NCBI RefSeq assembly: GCF_006345805.1
Contig: NW_021824630.1
Location: 1-17,957 of the forward strand
Length of the DNA stretch: 17,957 nucleotides
Origin: Octopus sinensis
Lineage: Eukaryota
Direction of reading: 5' to 3'
The first letter of the stretch is position 1. The number at the start of each line of letters is the position of its first letter. A program made the translations under genes and the position numbers. Shown here piece after piece: positions 1 through 9,645 of this stretch. The notes below the pieces were generated by a model that was given only the letters and a program-made list of their open reading frames with translations, searched no databases and had not been told where the DNA came from.

Positions 1-44
1 TTTCAGATATAGTGTGATAGTGATGTATTGAGCGTTTGTTTGAT

Positions 45-267
45 TTCTTTTCTTTTATCTTTCTTTACTTGTTTCAGTCATTTGACTGCGGCCATGCTGG
101 AGCACCGCCTTTAATCGAGAAACTCGACCCCGGGAACTATTCTTTTGTAAGCCAGTACTTATTCTATCGGTCTCGTTTGCCGAACCGCTAAGTAACGGGG
201 ACATAAACACACCAGCATCGGGTTGTCAGCAATGCTAGGGGACAACACAGACACACAAACACATACA

Positions 268-324
<57 letters not shown>

Positions 325-495
325 CATATATACGACGGGCTTCTTTCAGTTTCCGTCTACCAAATCCACTCACAAGGCATTGGTCGGCCTGAGGCTATAC
401 TAGAAGACACATGCCCAAGGTGCCACGCAGTGGGACTGAACCCGGAACCATGTGGCTGGTAAACAAGCTACCTACCGCACAGCCACTCCTGCGCC
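45..495 (-). mobile_element. tRNA-derived SINE, family A, near full length (head, CORE-like segment, internal microsatellite, 3' tail)
   Basis: Reverse complement of the copy at 3487-3906. The head GGCGCAGGAGTGGCTG ends at 495. It contains CCTTGGGCA (core), an internal (AC)n(AT)n tract at ~245-330 and the tail ...CAAATGACTGAAACAAGTAAAG. It resembles octopus OR/OK-type SINEs (recall). Confidence 0.9.
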
Positions 496-1099
496 TTATG
501 TTCACTTATGTTGCGATGATCATCTTTCTTAAAGGGTTTTCATAAAAATCCATATATCTTATGGTGCTTCTGTTATTTGCACGGGAGATCTTATTTCGAT
601 AAACTAATACTTTAGAAGAAACATACAGTTGTGAATGGAGATATTAGAGTCGTTACACTTACAAAAGGAGAAGAGATTTGATTGTTTGTATCGGGAAAAT
701 TTCTACAGTATATCTTATCAATGGAGGCAGCATTGGCAACAACAACCTCAACGATTTTTTTTATAAACTTACGGTAACGAAACACTTATTCAGAAGGTTT
801 AGGAAATCTCTGATAACATTACAAAGGAACATTTAAACAATAGGGAAGACAATACAATAATTCTTTTATTCTCTGTATTTGCATTTATGTATATTGTTTT
901 GTATGCAATATATTCTATCATGCTTCGATATGGAACTACTAATGTTATTAACTAAGCTTTTACAGGATTGATTAACAATTGTTAAAATACATATTAATAA
1001 ACTTCAATTTCTCATTAGAGAGATACTATATATAAAGGTAGAATTTACTATTCTTTAATCTAGACTTATATGAGAAAAATTAACTATGCTTAATTTCGT

Positions 1100-2184
1100 A
1101 TCCACTGTTATCTTTAAATTTAACTATTTTGAGCGTGTTGATGAACTTCTTCATAATACACTAACTTGCTTCACAACTAGAAGTCAATGCGATTAAATAT
1201 TGGCTCGATAAATATCAATTTAAATTATAAAAAAAACCATCGGAATGAAACGCTGTCATTGATGGACTTAGATTCATATTAGAAAATAATTAGAATCGGC
1301 GTACCGACAAATGACGACAAACTGCAATGGTAGACCCTACTTACGCCAGCTTAGCGATAGGACACCATGAAAAGAAAATTTATGATTTGGCAACATGTTT
1401 TACACATAAGAGAAAAAAAAATAACTCGTGGCAAAGATATCCAAATGACTGTCTCATTTTATGGCCGAATAATCTTTATAAACTTAGGGAATTTTAAAAC
1501 CTGATTAACAACATAAACCATGATATTAAATTAATTAATGAATTCAATCAGAAGGAACTGACATTTTTAGACGTTTTAATTAGAAAAATACAAGAAGAAC
1601 ATCCACTATAAACCCATGAATTCAAAGCTTTATCTTCTCTTCATATCCTGTCATGCTAAGCATACGTGTGTAAGCATTCCATTCAACTTATCGAATAAAA
1701 TCTGTACAATATTGAATCCTACAAAACATGATCAACGACTGGACGAGATGAAAATTTATTCAAAGATCATTTCTACTCAATCTGCTTATAAATGGAATAG
1801 AAAAAGTAAACTGTATAGATTTCAAGATCTAAGGAAAGTAAAATATAAAACCGAGTAAAAAAATGTTTCTATATGTATCAACATTTAACCCTAGAAATGT
1901 CAAAATATTTTACTATATTCATAAAAACTTGCCTATTTTATGAGAAGTTCAGAGAATGAAAAAAATATAGTGGAAAACCAGCATGTCATTAGAAATAAAA
2001 GACAGCCCATGTCACTGAAAAATAGATTTAGTAAAAGTAAGTACACCTAGGTTGATAAGCAATTTCCAACTCATTGTTACAAAATGGGAATGACCAAATT
2101 GTGCAAGATGCTTATATAAGACTGAAGGCTCAGAATTTAAATAAAAGAGTTTTACTTGCAGCATTCGATATATGATCTCTGCAC
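1100..2184 (+). pseudogene. Penelope-like element remnant: RT C-terminal half and start of the GIY-YIG region
   Basis: Manual translation across frameshifts gives, in order: AIKYWLDKY, LRFILENN, YRQ..TAM..PTYASLAIG (~1302-1362), WQRYPNDCLILW (1429-1464, degenerate RYxDD), FLDVLI (1564), YKPMNSKLYLLFISCHAKHTCVSIPFNL, YVSTFNPRN, KRQPMSLK. This matches the Penelope RT/thumb/linker motif order. Many stops are present. Confidence 0.8.
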
Positions 2185-2215
2185 GGCGGCAAGCTAGCAG
2201 AAACGTCAGCACGCC
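2185..2215 (+). mobile_element. 5' head of tRNA-derived SINE family B, interrupted
   Basis: GGCGGCAAGCTAGCAGAAACGTCAGCACGCC contains the A-box-like TAGCAGAAACG and matches my recall of an octopus SINE head. It is preceded by TGATCTCTGCAC (2173-2184), which recurs as TGATGTCTGGAA (8154-8165) after the SINE tail. Confidence 0.6.
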
Positions 2216-2463
2216 TGTCGTCTTTATTTTGCCGGTCGTCTTTATTTTTACAAATGGATACAAAATATGGTTAACCATTGAATAGAAAATAGTCTCGCGT
2301 ATAAAAGGTCAGTGTAAAAATTGAAAATTGTGAAAATTGTGTTTAATTTGTTATTGTATTGCATTGTTGAACACTTGTTTTGCTGTTTTACGGCTGAATT
2401 GTTTTACGCTGTTCCCCTTTTGTAGGGGGCTGCGTAGCTTCAAGGATGTCCTATACTAGTAGC

Positions 2464-4110
2464 ATGAGCTCGTCTGAGTATTCCTCCTCAGACGAGGAAC
2501 TCCTTAGATCAATTGACAACGTAGACAAAATGAATTTTGCAAAGGCAGCTAAAAGCCACCACATAAATATATTTTTTTGAACCAGATTGGAAAGTTTAAT
2601 TAACTATTGAAAAAAGACGGAAACAATGTAAATGTGTTCCCGCCCCAAGTTGTCATGTTATGTCGAAAGGAGAAATTAATTGTGCATCAAATGCTCTCGG
2701 TGGACAGCCAAAAACTTGAAATAATGACGCAGAGTCAAATAGAAAAAGCGTTAAATAATGCATATAAAGGGGAAATAATGCATATAAGCAGAGACAAGAA
2801 GTACGGCACGGTGGAGGTGCGGTTCAGGGATGCAGCAACCGCCAGGTTGCACTCTGTAACCCCGCTGAAGACGAAGGAGGTAGCGCTTCTACCCACATAC
2901 CTTGGAAGACGTACCTGCAGAGATAGATGCAGCCTGGTTAGTAGAAGCGATCCTGTTAGGCTTGGAGGAGAAAGTGGTAGTCCTCCAAGCCTCGTTCACG
3001 GCTCATAAGAATTGGCAGGGGCAAGGGCTGGAGATACCGATCCAAGCAACCCTGAAGACATTGAAAATATGATTGAAACCATCACGGTCAAAGATGTGGT
3101 GCTGAAGGTTAAAGTGGAGGGTAGAATCCCTAGCTGTTACTTCCCGCTGACACCAAAAGCAAAAAGGAAACTACACCTCCGCCTCACCAGAAACCAACAC
3201 AGAGACAACATCAAAGGATGTAAGAGATGAAGAAGGATGGGGAAAATAGAAAAGTAAAAGAGGAAGACACAAATTGGCAGTGATGAGTCCTACCCCACGC
3301 CCACCCAGCTCCCACCCAAGCCCGCTTTGTCACACCCTTCCCCAGCAACCACCGGTCCTCCCTCTGCTCCGGCTGACATGGAAAAAACTTGCATGCACTC
3401 ACGGGTGTCCCAAAACTCACAACCCCCTCCCCGTAAAATAAAAAAAAAAACAAAGTAACAAAAATATCAATTTTTTATGAACTAATGGCGCAGGAGTGGC
3501 TGTGTGGTAAGTAGCTTGCTAACCAACCACATGGTTCCGGGTTCAGTCCCACTGCGTGGCATCTTGGGCAAGTGTCTTCTGCTATAGCCCCGGGCCGACC
3601 AATGCCTTGTGAGTGGATTTGGTAGACGGAAACTGAAAGAAGCCTGTCGTATATATGTATATATATATATACGTATGTGTGTGTGTGTGTGTGTTTGTGT
3701 GTCTGTGTTTGTCCCCCTAGCATTGCTTGACAACCGATGCTGGTGTGTTTACGTCCTCGTCACTTAGCGGTTCGGCAAACGAGACCGATAGAATAAGTAC
3801 TGGGCTTACAAAGAATAAGTGGTGGGGTCGATTTGCTCGACTAAAGGCGGTGCTCCAGCATGGCCGCAGTCAAATGACTGAAACAAGTAAAAGAGTAAAA
3901 AGAGTAATGAATAAACAATTGTTAACCGAAATCAAGAATTTGGAAAGTGCGTGCGAGACTGGTAAATGCTTAGAACCAAATCCCCCATGCATTTGGAATA
4001 TGCTATAATCGATACAACAGATAAAAAAAAAAAAATGGAGGATTACGAGAAAGTGAAATACATCGAAATCAAAATAGAAAAAAATAAAAAGAAATAAATA
4101 CATAATAAGT
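2464..4110 (+). pseudogene. L1/Tx1-type ORF1 remnant, frameshifted and split by the SINE at 3487-3906
   Basis: MSSSEYSSSDEELL..NFAKAAK from ATG 2464. VEVRFRDAATARLHSVTPLKTKEVALLPTYLGRRT aligns with IAVRFQSEEKANQASTSPLKTAEIVLLSTYLGRHT of the second ORF1. Also KVKVEGRIPSCYF. Coding-like sequence (LLTEIKNLESAC..MEDYEKVKYIEIK) continues after the SINE. Confidence 0.65.
3487..3906 (+). mobile_element. tRNA-derived SINE, family A, full length
   Basis: A-box TGGCTGTGTGG (3497-3507), B-box GGTTCAGTCC (3540-3549), CORE-like GTGGCATCTTGGGCAAGTGTCTT (3556-3578), internal (AT)n(GT)n and tandem tail AAGAGTAAAAAGAGTA. A possible TSD is ATGAACTAA / ATGAATAA. Confidence 0.92.
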
Positions 4111-4314
4111 ATTGAAAATTTTTAATCAGACTTTAATATTAACATTTCCGATTTTTTAAAAAGTAATCAAAAAGAGAAATGATGGCGACCGGATGTGGGC
4201 CGTGTGTTATCATTACATCCTCCATTTTTCCATTTCACCTTTTCATCCGTTTTCACCTCCCCACATGTTTGTACTGTGTTATATTGTCCTATCTGTATTT
4301 CGCCCCTTGTGGGT

Positions 4315-4320
4315 AATAAA
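4315..4320 (+). terminator. AATAAA polyadenylation-signal-like motif at the 3' end of the ORF1-only element
   Basis: AATAAA follows a ~130-bp pyrimidine-rich tract and lies 5 bp before the right-hand target duplication. Confidence 0.5.
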
Positions 4321-4325
4321 GAATT

Positions 4326-4353
4326 CAGAATGGTCAGCACACCAGCTGATATG
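4326..4353 (+). repeat. Target-site duplication / SINE B head remnant between the two LINE-type elements
   Basis: CAGAATGGTCAGCACACC (4326-4343) matches CAGAAACGTCAGCACGCC (2198-2215) at 15/18. Confidence 0.65.
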
Positions 4354-4568
4354 TCGGTCGTCTTTTTTACGGTTAGTGATTATTGCGAATTTTTGTACAT
4401 TTTACTGTTAATATTTGTTTGTTGAAACTGTTATTACACTGTTTGTTTGGAACAATTTATTATCTGCCGAGGGCAGACTTGTGTTGTTTTGTTTTCCCCC
4501 TTGTATGAGGGTGGAAATTGATTCGTGCAAATAAATTTACTGTAAAACCAAAGCAAAAAAAAAAAAGC

Positions 4569-5912
4569 ATGGATAAATCACCTGTGAAAATATCTAATGA
4601 AGCCAGTCCCTGCACCAGTTTTGGTCCTAGCACTAGCAAAAACCGCCTTGAGCATGGAATTAAGAGACATGCCAACGGCAGAACAATTTGTAAAAGGAAA
4701 TGTTAGCTTCGCCCAAGCAACTGAGATAAAAAAATTAAAAAAAGCGTAACATACAATACGGAGTCGAAGGTCTTATAAAATTTAAAGGAATGATTAAAGG
4801 GAGGGGACGAAGCTAAAGTTGCCCCTCCCAGTGAAATAGCCCACGAGGCACAGTTATTTATAAAAGTTTCTTAATTAAACAAAAAAAAAGCTGGATATAG
4901 CATCCAAAGAAGCTGTGGAGTTCTGCCTGAAACCTAAGTGGTCGGACATCAAATATATAACAAGAGGACAACATTTTGAAACGATTGCGGTGCGTTTTCA
5001 ATCGGAAGAAAAAGCCAATCAGGCGTCCACAAGTCCGCTGAAAACAGCAGAAATAGTTCTCCTATCAACGTATCTGGGAAGACACACTTTCAAGATCTGG
5101 GTGGAAAACATACCACCAGAGGTGGACCCTGCTTGGCTAGTAGCGGCTATCACATCGGGCCTGGAGGACAAAATTACAATCCTCCAAGCACAAGCTACAG
5201 AACTTCAAAATTTGCAGGGACAAAGCTTCGAATTATTAATTCAAGCAGCCCCTGCAGATCTCGAAAATATAATCGAATTCAGGTGGGGGGGAAGTGAGAT
5301 TACGAGTAATAGTCAAGGGGGGGGGGGAAGCCTCGATGCTTCAAGTGTGACCAAAAGGGCCACATAAAATCTGAGTGCAAACCTCTTCCCGAAAAAAAAA
5401 ACCCACTTGAAAAAGAAAACCAAGAGGAAATTACAAAAGAGGAAGAAAGTGAGGATGTAACAACTGAGACGGAGAGTGAAATGGAATGTGAACAAGAAGT
5501 GGGGAGAGTGGAAAAAAATGGGGGGATCTATCCACCTCCAACAGTCCCACATGCAAAAACCCCCAAAAAAATATAAGAACGTACAGAATCTAAAACATCT
5601 GCCCAGCCCAAGTCCCACCCAATCCACGCAGATAATAACGATACTGCAGTAACCGTACGAAATAAAACACTACTGCAAAAGTTAAGAGAATCAAAGGATT
5701 CCATTGACATTACATATAAATTCGAAAATAGAATTCCCGAAGACGTGTTAATTTATTCGATAACTAGAACTAGCTACAATTTATTCAAAAAAGAATATGA
5801 AACAGACATTAGGCCCATAAGGAAAGATTTTTCTTCCCAAATTTATGAGGGCCTCACCAATAGTACTCCGCAAGCCCCGGAAGAAAAAGATCGTGAAGGG
5901 GTGAGTATTTGA
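4569..5912 (+). pseudogene. LINE ORF1 (RRM-like region plus zinc knuckle), frameshifted
   Basis: ATG at 4569, SFAQA, the track ORF 4915-5367, and a CCHC knuckle CFKCDQKGHIKSEC (5337-5378). A K/E-rich region follows, and the frame stops at 5910-5912. Confidence 0.8.
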
Positions 5913-5925
5913 AAAAAAACTTTTT

Positions 5926-8058
5926 ATGGACATTCTTAAGATTGAATGTTTAAATGTGCGCAGCCTGAGGTCAACTTGGAAACAAGCCCGTTTCCTACAT
6001 AACCTCAGGTCACACTGAATGGATATTATATGCCCTTAAAAGAGCCATTAAATTTGAGTCCATTAGGTTTAGTAAAAAAATTAGTAGCTAGGAAAAATAG
6101 AACAGAAAGGGCCTTAGTTAAGGACTTAGATGAAGCACTGAGATCTGAATCCGCGCCCCGAGTCTTGGCTGCAAGATTGATTTTGAATCAACACATCGAG
6201 GGTATATATGAAGGGTGCGTAGTCAGGGCTAAGCAACGTGCAGTAGGACGGGAAGGAATCAAAGCCGCTGGATGGGCCCATGTGATAGAGGCCCAATGTG
6301 GCAATAAAAATTCTATAAGGTCTTTGATGAATGATCAAAGGAACTTGATAAACGAACCCGCGGAGATATGCAAGGTCTTTTAGGAGCATTTCGCACTGCT
6401 TTTCGTGGGGAAGAAACGGACCGGAGTGTAAGAGTGGCCTTACGGACTTCCTCGCCGGTTTGTCGCGTCTCTTGGGGCGGGATGCGGAGTGCTGTGAAGG
6501 ACCGATTACAGCTGCGGAGGTTGGGGAGGCTCTGGCGGACTGCGGCGGGGATAAGTCACCGGGTCTAGATGGCCTTCCCTACGAACTTTACTGTAGTGTG
6601 CCAGACTTGTTTGGGCACCTGCTGGCTTGCATCTTCATGAACTGACAGCAGAACGAGTTTGTTCCCAAATCTGTGAGCTGGGGAGTGGTGACGCTGCTTA
6701 GAAAGAACCCAAATAGTTAGTATAGACGATTTCTGGCCCGTCACTCTGCTTAACACAGAGATGAAGATTATGGCCAAGGTGTTAGCAAGAAGGTTGACGC
6801 TTGTCGTGGATAGACTCTTCGAGGAGGCACAAACGTGGGCCGTTCCCGGCAGATCCATACACGATAATCCCCACCTTATACGCTACACCTTAGAGAGGGT
6901 TAGTAGGGTTACTGGCAAGGGTGGGGCATTGGTACATTTAGACCAATCTAAGGCGTTCGATAGGGTTGACCATCGGTACCTGGTGACGGTCCTCGCAGCG
7001 TTCGGGTTTGGCCCCGTCTTCTGCAGCTGGATCATTGCTTTGTACAGCAACATCGATTCGATCGTTCGGATGAACGGTTTCTTTTGGAAAACGTTCATCA
7101 TCAAGTTCTCAGTTCGTCAAGGATGTCTCCTCTCTCTCCCTTTCTGCACGTATTGGCTCTTGAGCCTTTTCTGCATCGGTTAGAGGGACGGGGGGGGGGG
7201 CTTCCGCGCGATCTAGAAAATTGGAGGGCGGTCACGGCGTTTGCGGATGACATCACTATCATCATGTCCGAAGTAGATCACCTACAAATTGTGGGTGAAG
7301 CCATCAAGGAATACGAGGCAGTGGCAGGAGCAAAAATTAACCGAAAGAAATCAGTCGGCTTGCAAATTGGTACCAGGAGAGGCAAGTTGGTGCCTTCCAA
7401 CAGCGTCGTGGGGCGTTAGACGGAAGGGCCGGTTAAAATGCTAGGGGGTTGATTTAGACCAGACCTCCAGGTAGAGAAGAATTGGGGCGAGGTGGCGAGC
7501 AAGGTGACTCACCTAACTCAGACCTGGTCTGGGCGGTGGTTATCCTTGAAAGGGAGGGTGGAGGTCGCAGAAGTGTTTATCGCTTCTGTGATTACCTACC
7601 GCCTAACCGTCGTGCCTTGTCCCGTTTCGTGGCTAAACAAGTTGAAATGGCTCCTTTCCCACTTTTCATGGAAGCGTAAAAGTCCGCTTGTGAAGCGCTC
7701 TGTCTGCTGCCAACACCCGCTAAAGGGTGGGCTAGGGATGCCTTGGCTGTTGATGTGCAAATTAGCACTGAGGCTGAGGCATCTGTGGCTCTACCTGGAT
7801 GGTGAATAGGTGTGGTCTCTGTTCGTCAGATGGCTACTTCCTAGGTTCTCTAGCTTTAGTGAACTAGAGCCATGGATCCAACGTAGACCAAAGTACAGCG
7901 AGTGGAACATGGAGTACCGACAGGCATTCCGGTTTCTCTCTCGCACGGGCAATGCCAGCGGCGGGGGTTCTACTTCGTTATTTTATAGAAGGTTGGTAGA
8001 GGAGAGGAATGATGACGGCCTTGGGGAGACACTTCACTTCGATAAAAATCAGTTAGCA
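5926..8058 (+). pseudogene. LINE ORF2 (truncated APE endonuclease plus reverse transcriptase), multiple stops and frameshifts
   Basis: MDILKIECLNVRSL (APE N-terminus), DKSPGLDGLPYELY (~6550-6591), KIMAKVLARRL, LDQSKAFDRVDH (6938), SVRQGC (~7109), AFADD (7237-7251), GAKINRKKS, LSLKGRVEV, KGGLGMP. Confidence 0.92.
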
Positions 8059-8153
8059 GCCGAGGTCGATAAAATAAATACCAGTTGAAAATTAAGGTCA
8101 ATGACATCGACTTACCCTACCCCTTAAATTGTACCAAACTTCGAAATCAATAT
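8059..8153 (+). mobile_element. 3' part of SINE family B
   Basis: GCCGAGGTCGATAAAATAAATACCAG..GGTCAATGACATCGACTTACCC..CGAAATCAATAT matches my recalled octopus SINE tail. It shares motifs with family A at 3786-3842 and is followed by the putative TSD at 8154-8165. Confidence 0.65.
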
Positions 8154-8420
8154 TGATGTCTGGAAAGCTATCTCAGATAAACTGCATTTTCGTAATGCAA
8201 AACTAAAAGTAAAATAACACTACACCGACAGTAAATGAATTATGAGAATACCAGAAAAATCTTTTAAGTGTACATATAAAAATGCGTGCAAGAATGAACG
8301 TACCTTATTTTCAAAATATTTCCAGTTTATAAATGCACAGATAGAACAACAGAGAAACAAAGAAAAGCAATGTATATGCCGCGCTAAAAGTGTTGGTTAT
8401 TATTCATCATATGAATGACT
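8154..8420 (+). pseudogene. Penelope-like GIY-YIG C-terminal remnant, continuing 1100-2184
   Basis: Translation gives SDKLH..TLHRQ*MNYENTRKIF.SVHIK..FPVYKCTDRTTEKQRK. This fits the R..xHRQ.I...S.H...PFYK part that follows the GIY-YIG motif in Penelope endonucleases. The YIG motif itself is not preserved. Confidence 0.55.
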
Positions 8421-8694
8421 CGCTTTGTTTTAAAGAAAACTATAATACAAAGACGGGTGTTACAAACTGTAACATTATATTAAAGATACTTTCAAAAGCG
8501 AACAACTCATTTGCCTTGAATAACTGAAAAAAGATATAAACCAGCGGGCTTTCACTTTTTTAATTATATTTGAATTAAATGTGAAAATATTTGTTTTTTA
8601 ACAATTATTCAAACTAAAGCTGTGCTTTTTCGTTAATTTTTTTTTTTTCAGTATATAACTTATATGGTGCAGTTGAACTAACTTCAAGGGTATG

Positions 8695-8712
8695 TGTACA
8701 TACATACATACA

Positions 8713-8770
<58 letters not shown>
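8695..8770. repeat. (TACA)n(TA)n microsatellite
   Basis: Directly visible tandem repeats. Confidence 0.95.
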
Positions 8771-8771
<1 letters not shown>

Positions 8772-8904
8772 CAAATAAGAAAATGGAGGAAAACAATAGG
8801 TGGTTCATCAACTTTAGGACATTAAAAATGTTAACTTATTTATTTATTAAACTGATAATTATAACATACATACATATAGCATATTATTCTATGCATATGT
8901 AAGT

Positions 8905-8909
8905 ATATC

Positions 8910-8943
<34 letters not shown>

Positions 8944-9008
8944 TGTGTGTGTGTGTGTGTGTCTGTGTCTGTGTGTGTGTGTGTCTGTGTGTGTGTGTGT
9001 GTGTGTGT
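8905..9008. repeat. (GT)n / (GTCT) microsatellite
   Basis: About 100 bp of alternating GT with a few CT interruptions. Confidence 0.95.
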
Positions 9009-9194
9009 ATTGTAGTGGTAGGGGTGCTGATGTCGGTAGAGGTTATTGTGTTGATGGTAGTGGAGTGCTAATGATAGACATGGTAGGAATGCTAGTGTCA
9101 CAATAACCCAGTATTTATGTTGTAGATGTGAAATACAAGAATGTTTACCATTGTCTTGTGCAGAAGATTTGTTGCAGAGTTTGGGATTCGTTGT

Positions 9195-9385
9195 GAACTA
9201 GTAATTATTTGTAATTCAAGGGGCCGGCCTTGTCACTCTCTGTGTCACGCTGAATATCCCCGAGAACTACGTTAAGGCTGCACGTGTCTGTGGAGTGCTC
9301 AGCCACTTATACGTTAATTTCACGAGCAGGCTGTTCCGTTGATTCGGATCAACCGGAACCCTCATCGTCGTAACCGACGGAGTGC
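9195..9385 (+). mobile_element. Fragment of a third interspersed repeat, probably the 3' part of another SINE family
   Basis: GC-richer block GGCCTTGTCACTCTCTGTGTCACGCTGAA..CGTAACCGACGGAGTGC matching my recall of an abundant octopus repeat. There is no second copy in the window. Confidence 0.45.
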
Positions 9386-9390
9386 GTCCA

Positions 9391-9410
9391 TGGGGTGACA
9401 AACATAGACA

Positions 9411-9445
<35 letters not shown>

Positions 9446-9645
9446 CACACACATAAATATAAATATATATATATATATATACGATGGGCTTCTTTAAGTT
9501 TCCGTTTACCAAATCCACTCATAAAGCTTTGGTCGGCAAGACGCTATAGAAGAAGACACTTGCTTAAGGTGCCACGCAGTGAGATTGAACCTGGAACCAT
9601 ATGGAATGGGGGGCAAGCTTCTTACCACATAGCTATTCCTGCGCC
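9391..9645 (-). mobile_element. Diverged family A SINE, 5' half only
   Basis: Aligns with 235-495 (AAATCCACTCA, GAAGACACTTGC, GGTGCCACGCAGTG, TTCCTGCGCC) with more substitutions. The 3' tail is absent beyond the microsatellite. Confidence 0.85.

Larger units (their letters stand above)
2216..4325 (+). mobile_element. ORF1-only L1/Tx1-like element (half-L1-like), containing a SINE insertion
   Basis: Its 5' motif CGGTCGTCTTTATTTTTAC (2233-2251) is shared with the LINE start at 4355-4370. It has a T-rich 5'UTR, a decayed ORF1 paralogous to 4569-5912, and a pyrimidine-rich 3'UTR ending CCCCTTGTGGGTAATAAAGAATT. It is flanked by an 18-bp imperfect direct repeat (2198-2215 / 4326-4343). No EN or RT motifs were found. 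Confidence 0.7.
4354..8058 (+). mobile_element. L1-clade (Tx1-like) LINE, 5'-intact, EN internally deleted, 3'-truncated
   Basis: A 5'UTR, an ORF1 with CCHC knuckle and an ORF2 with APE N-terminus and RT motifs are collinear on the + strand. Confidence 0.9.

Noticed and set aside
496-1100. 5' extension of the Penelope ORF or a host exon
   Set aside because: No RT motif (e.g. ADKG, PKIHK) or clean splice pair could be read, so it was left unannotated.
3487-3560. Functional tRNA gene
   Set aside because: It has A and B boxes but no complete cloverleaf, and it runs into SINE core and tail, so it is a SINE head.
6126-7104. Minus-strand ORFs opposite LINE ORF2 (6126-6389, 6565-6858, 6883-7104)
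   Set aside because: They are antisense shadows of a GC-richer coding region with no recognisable motifs.
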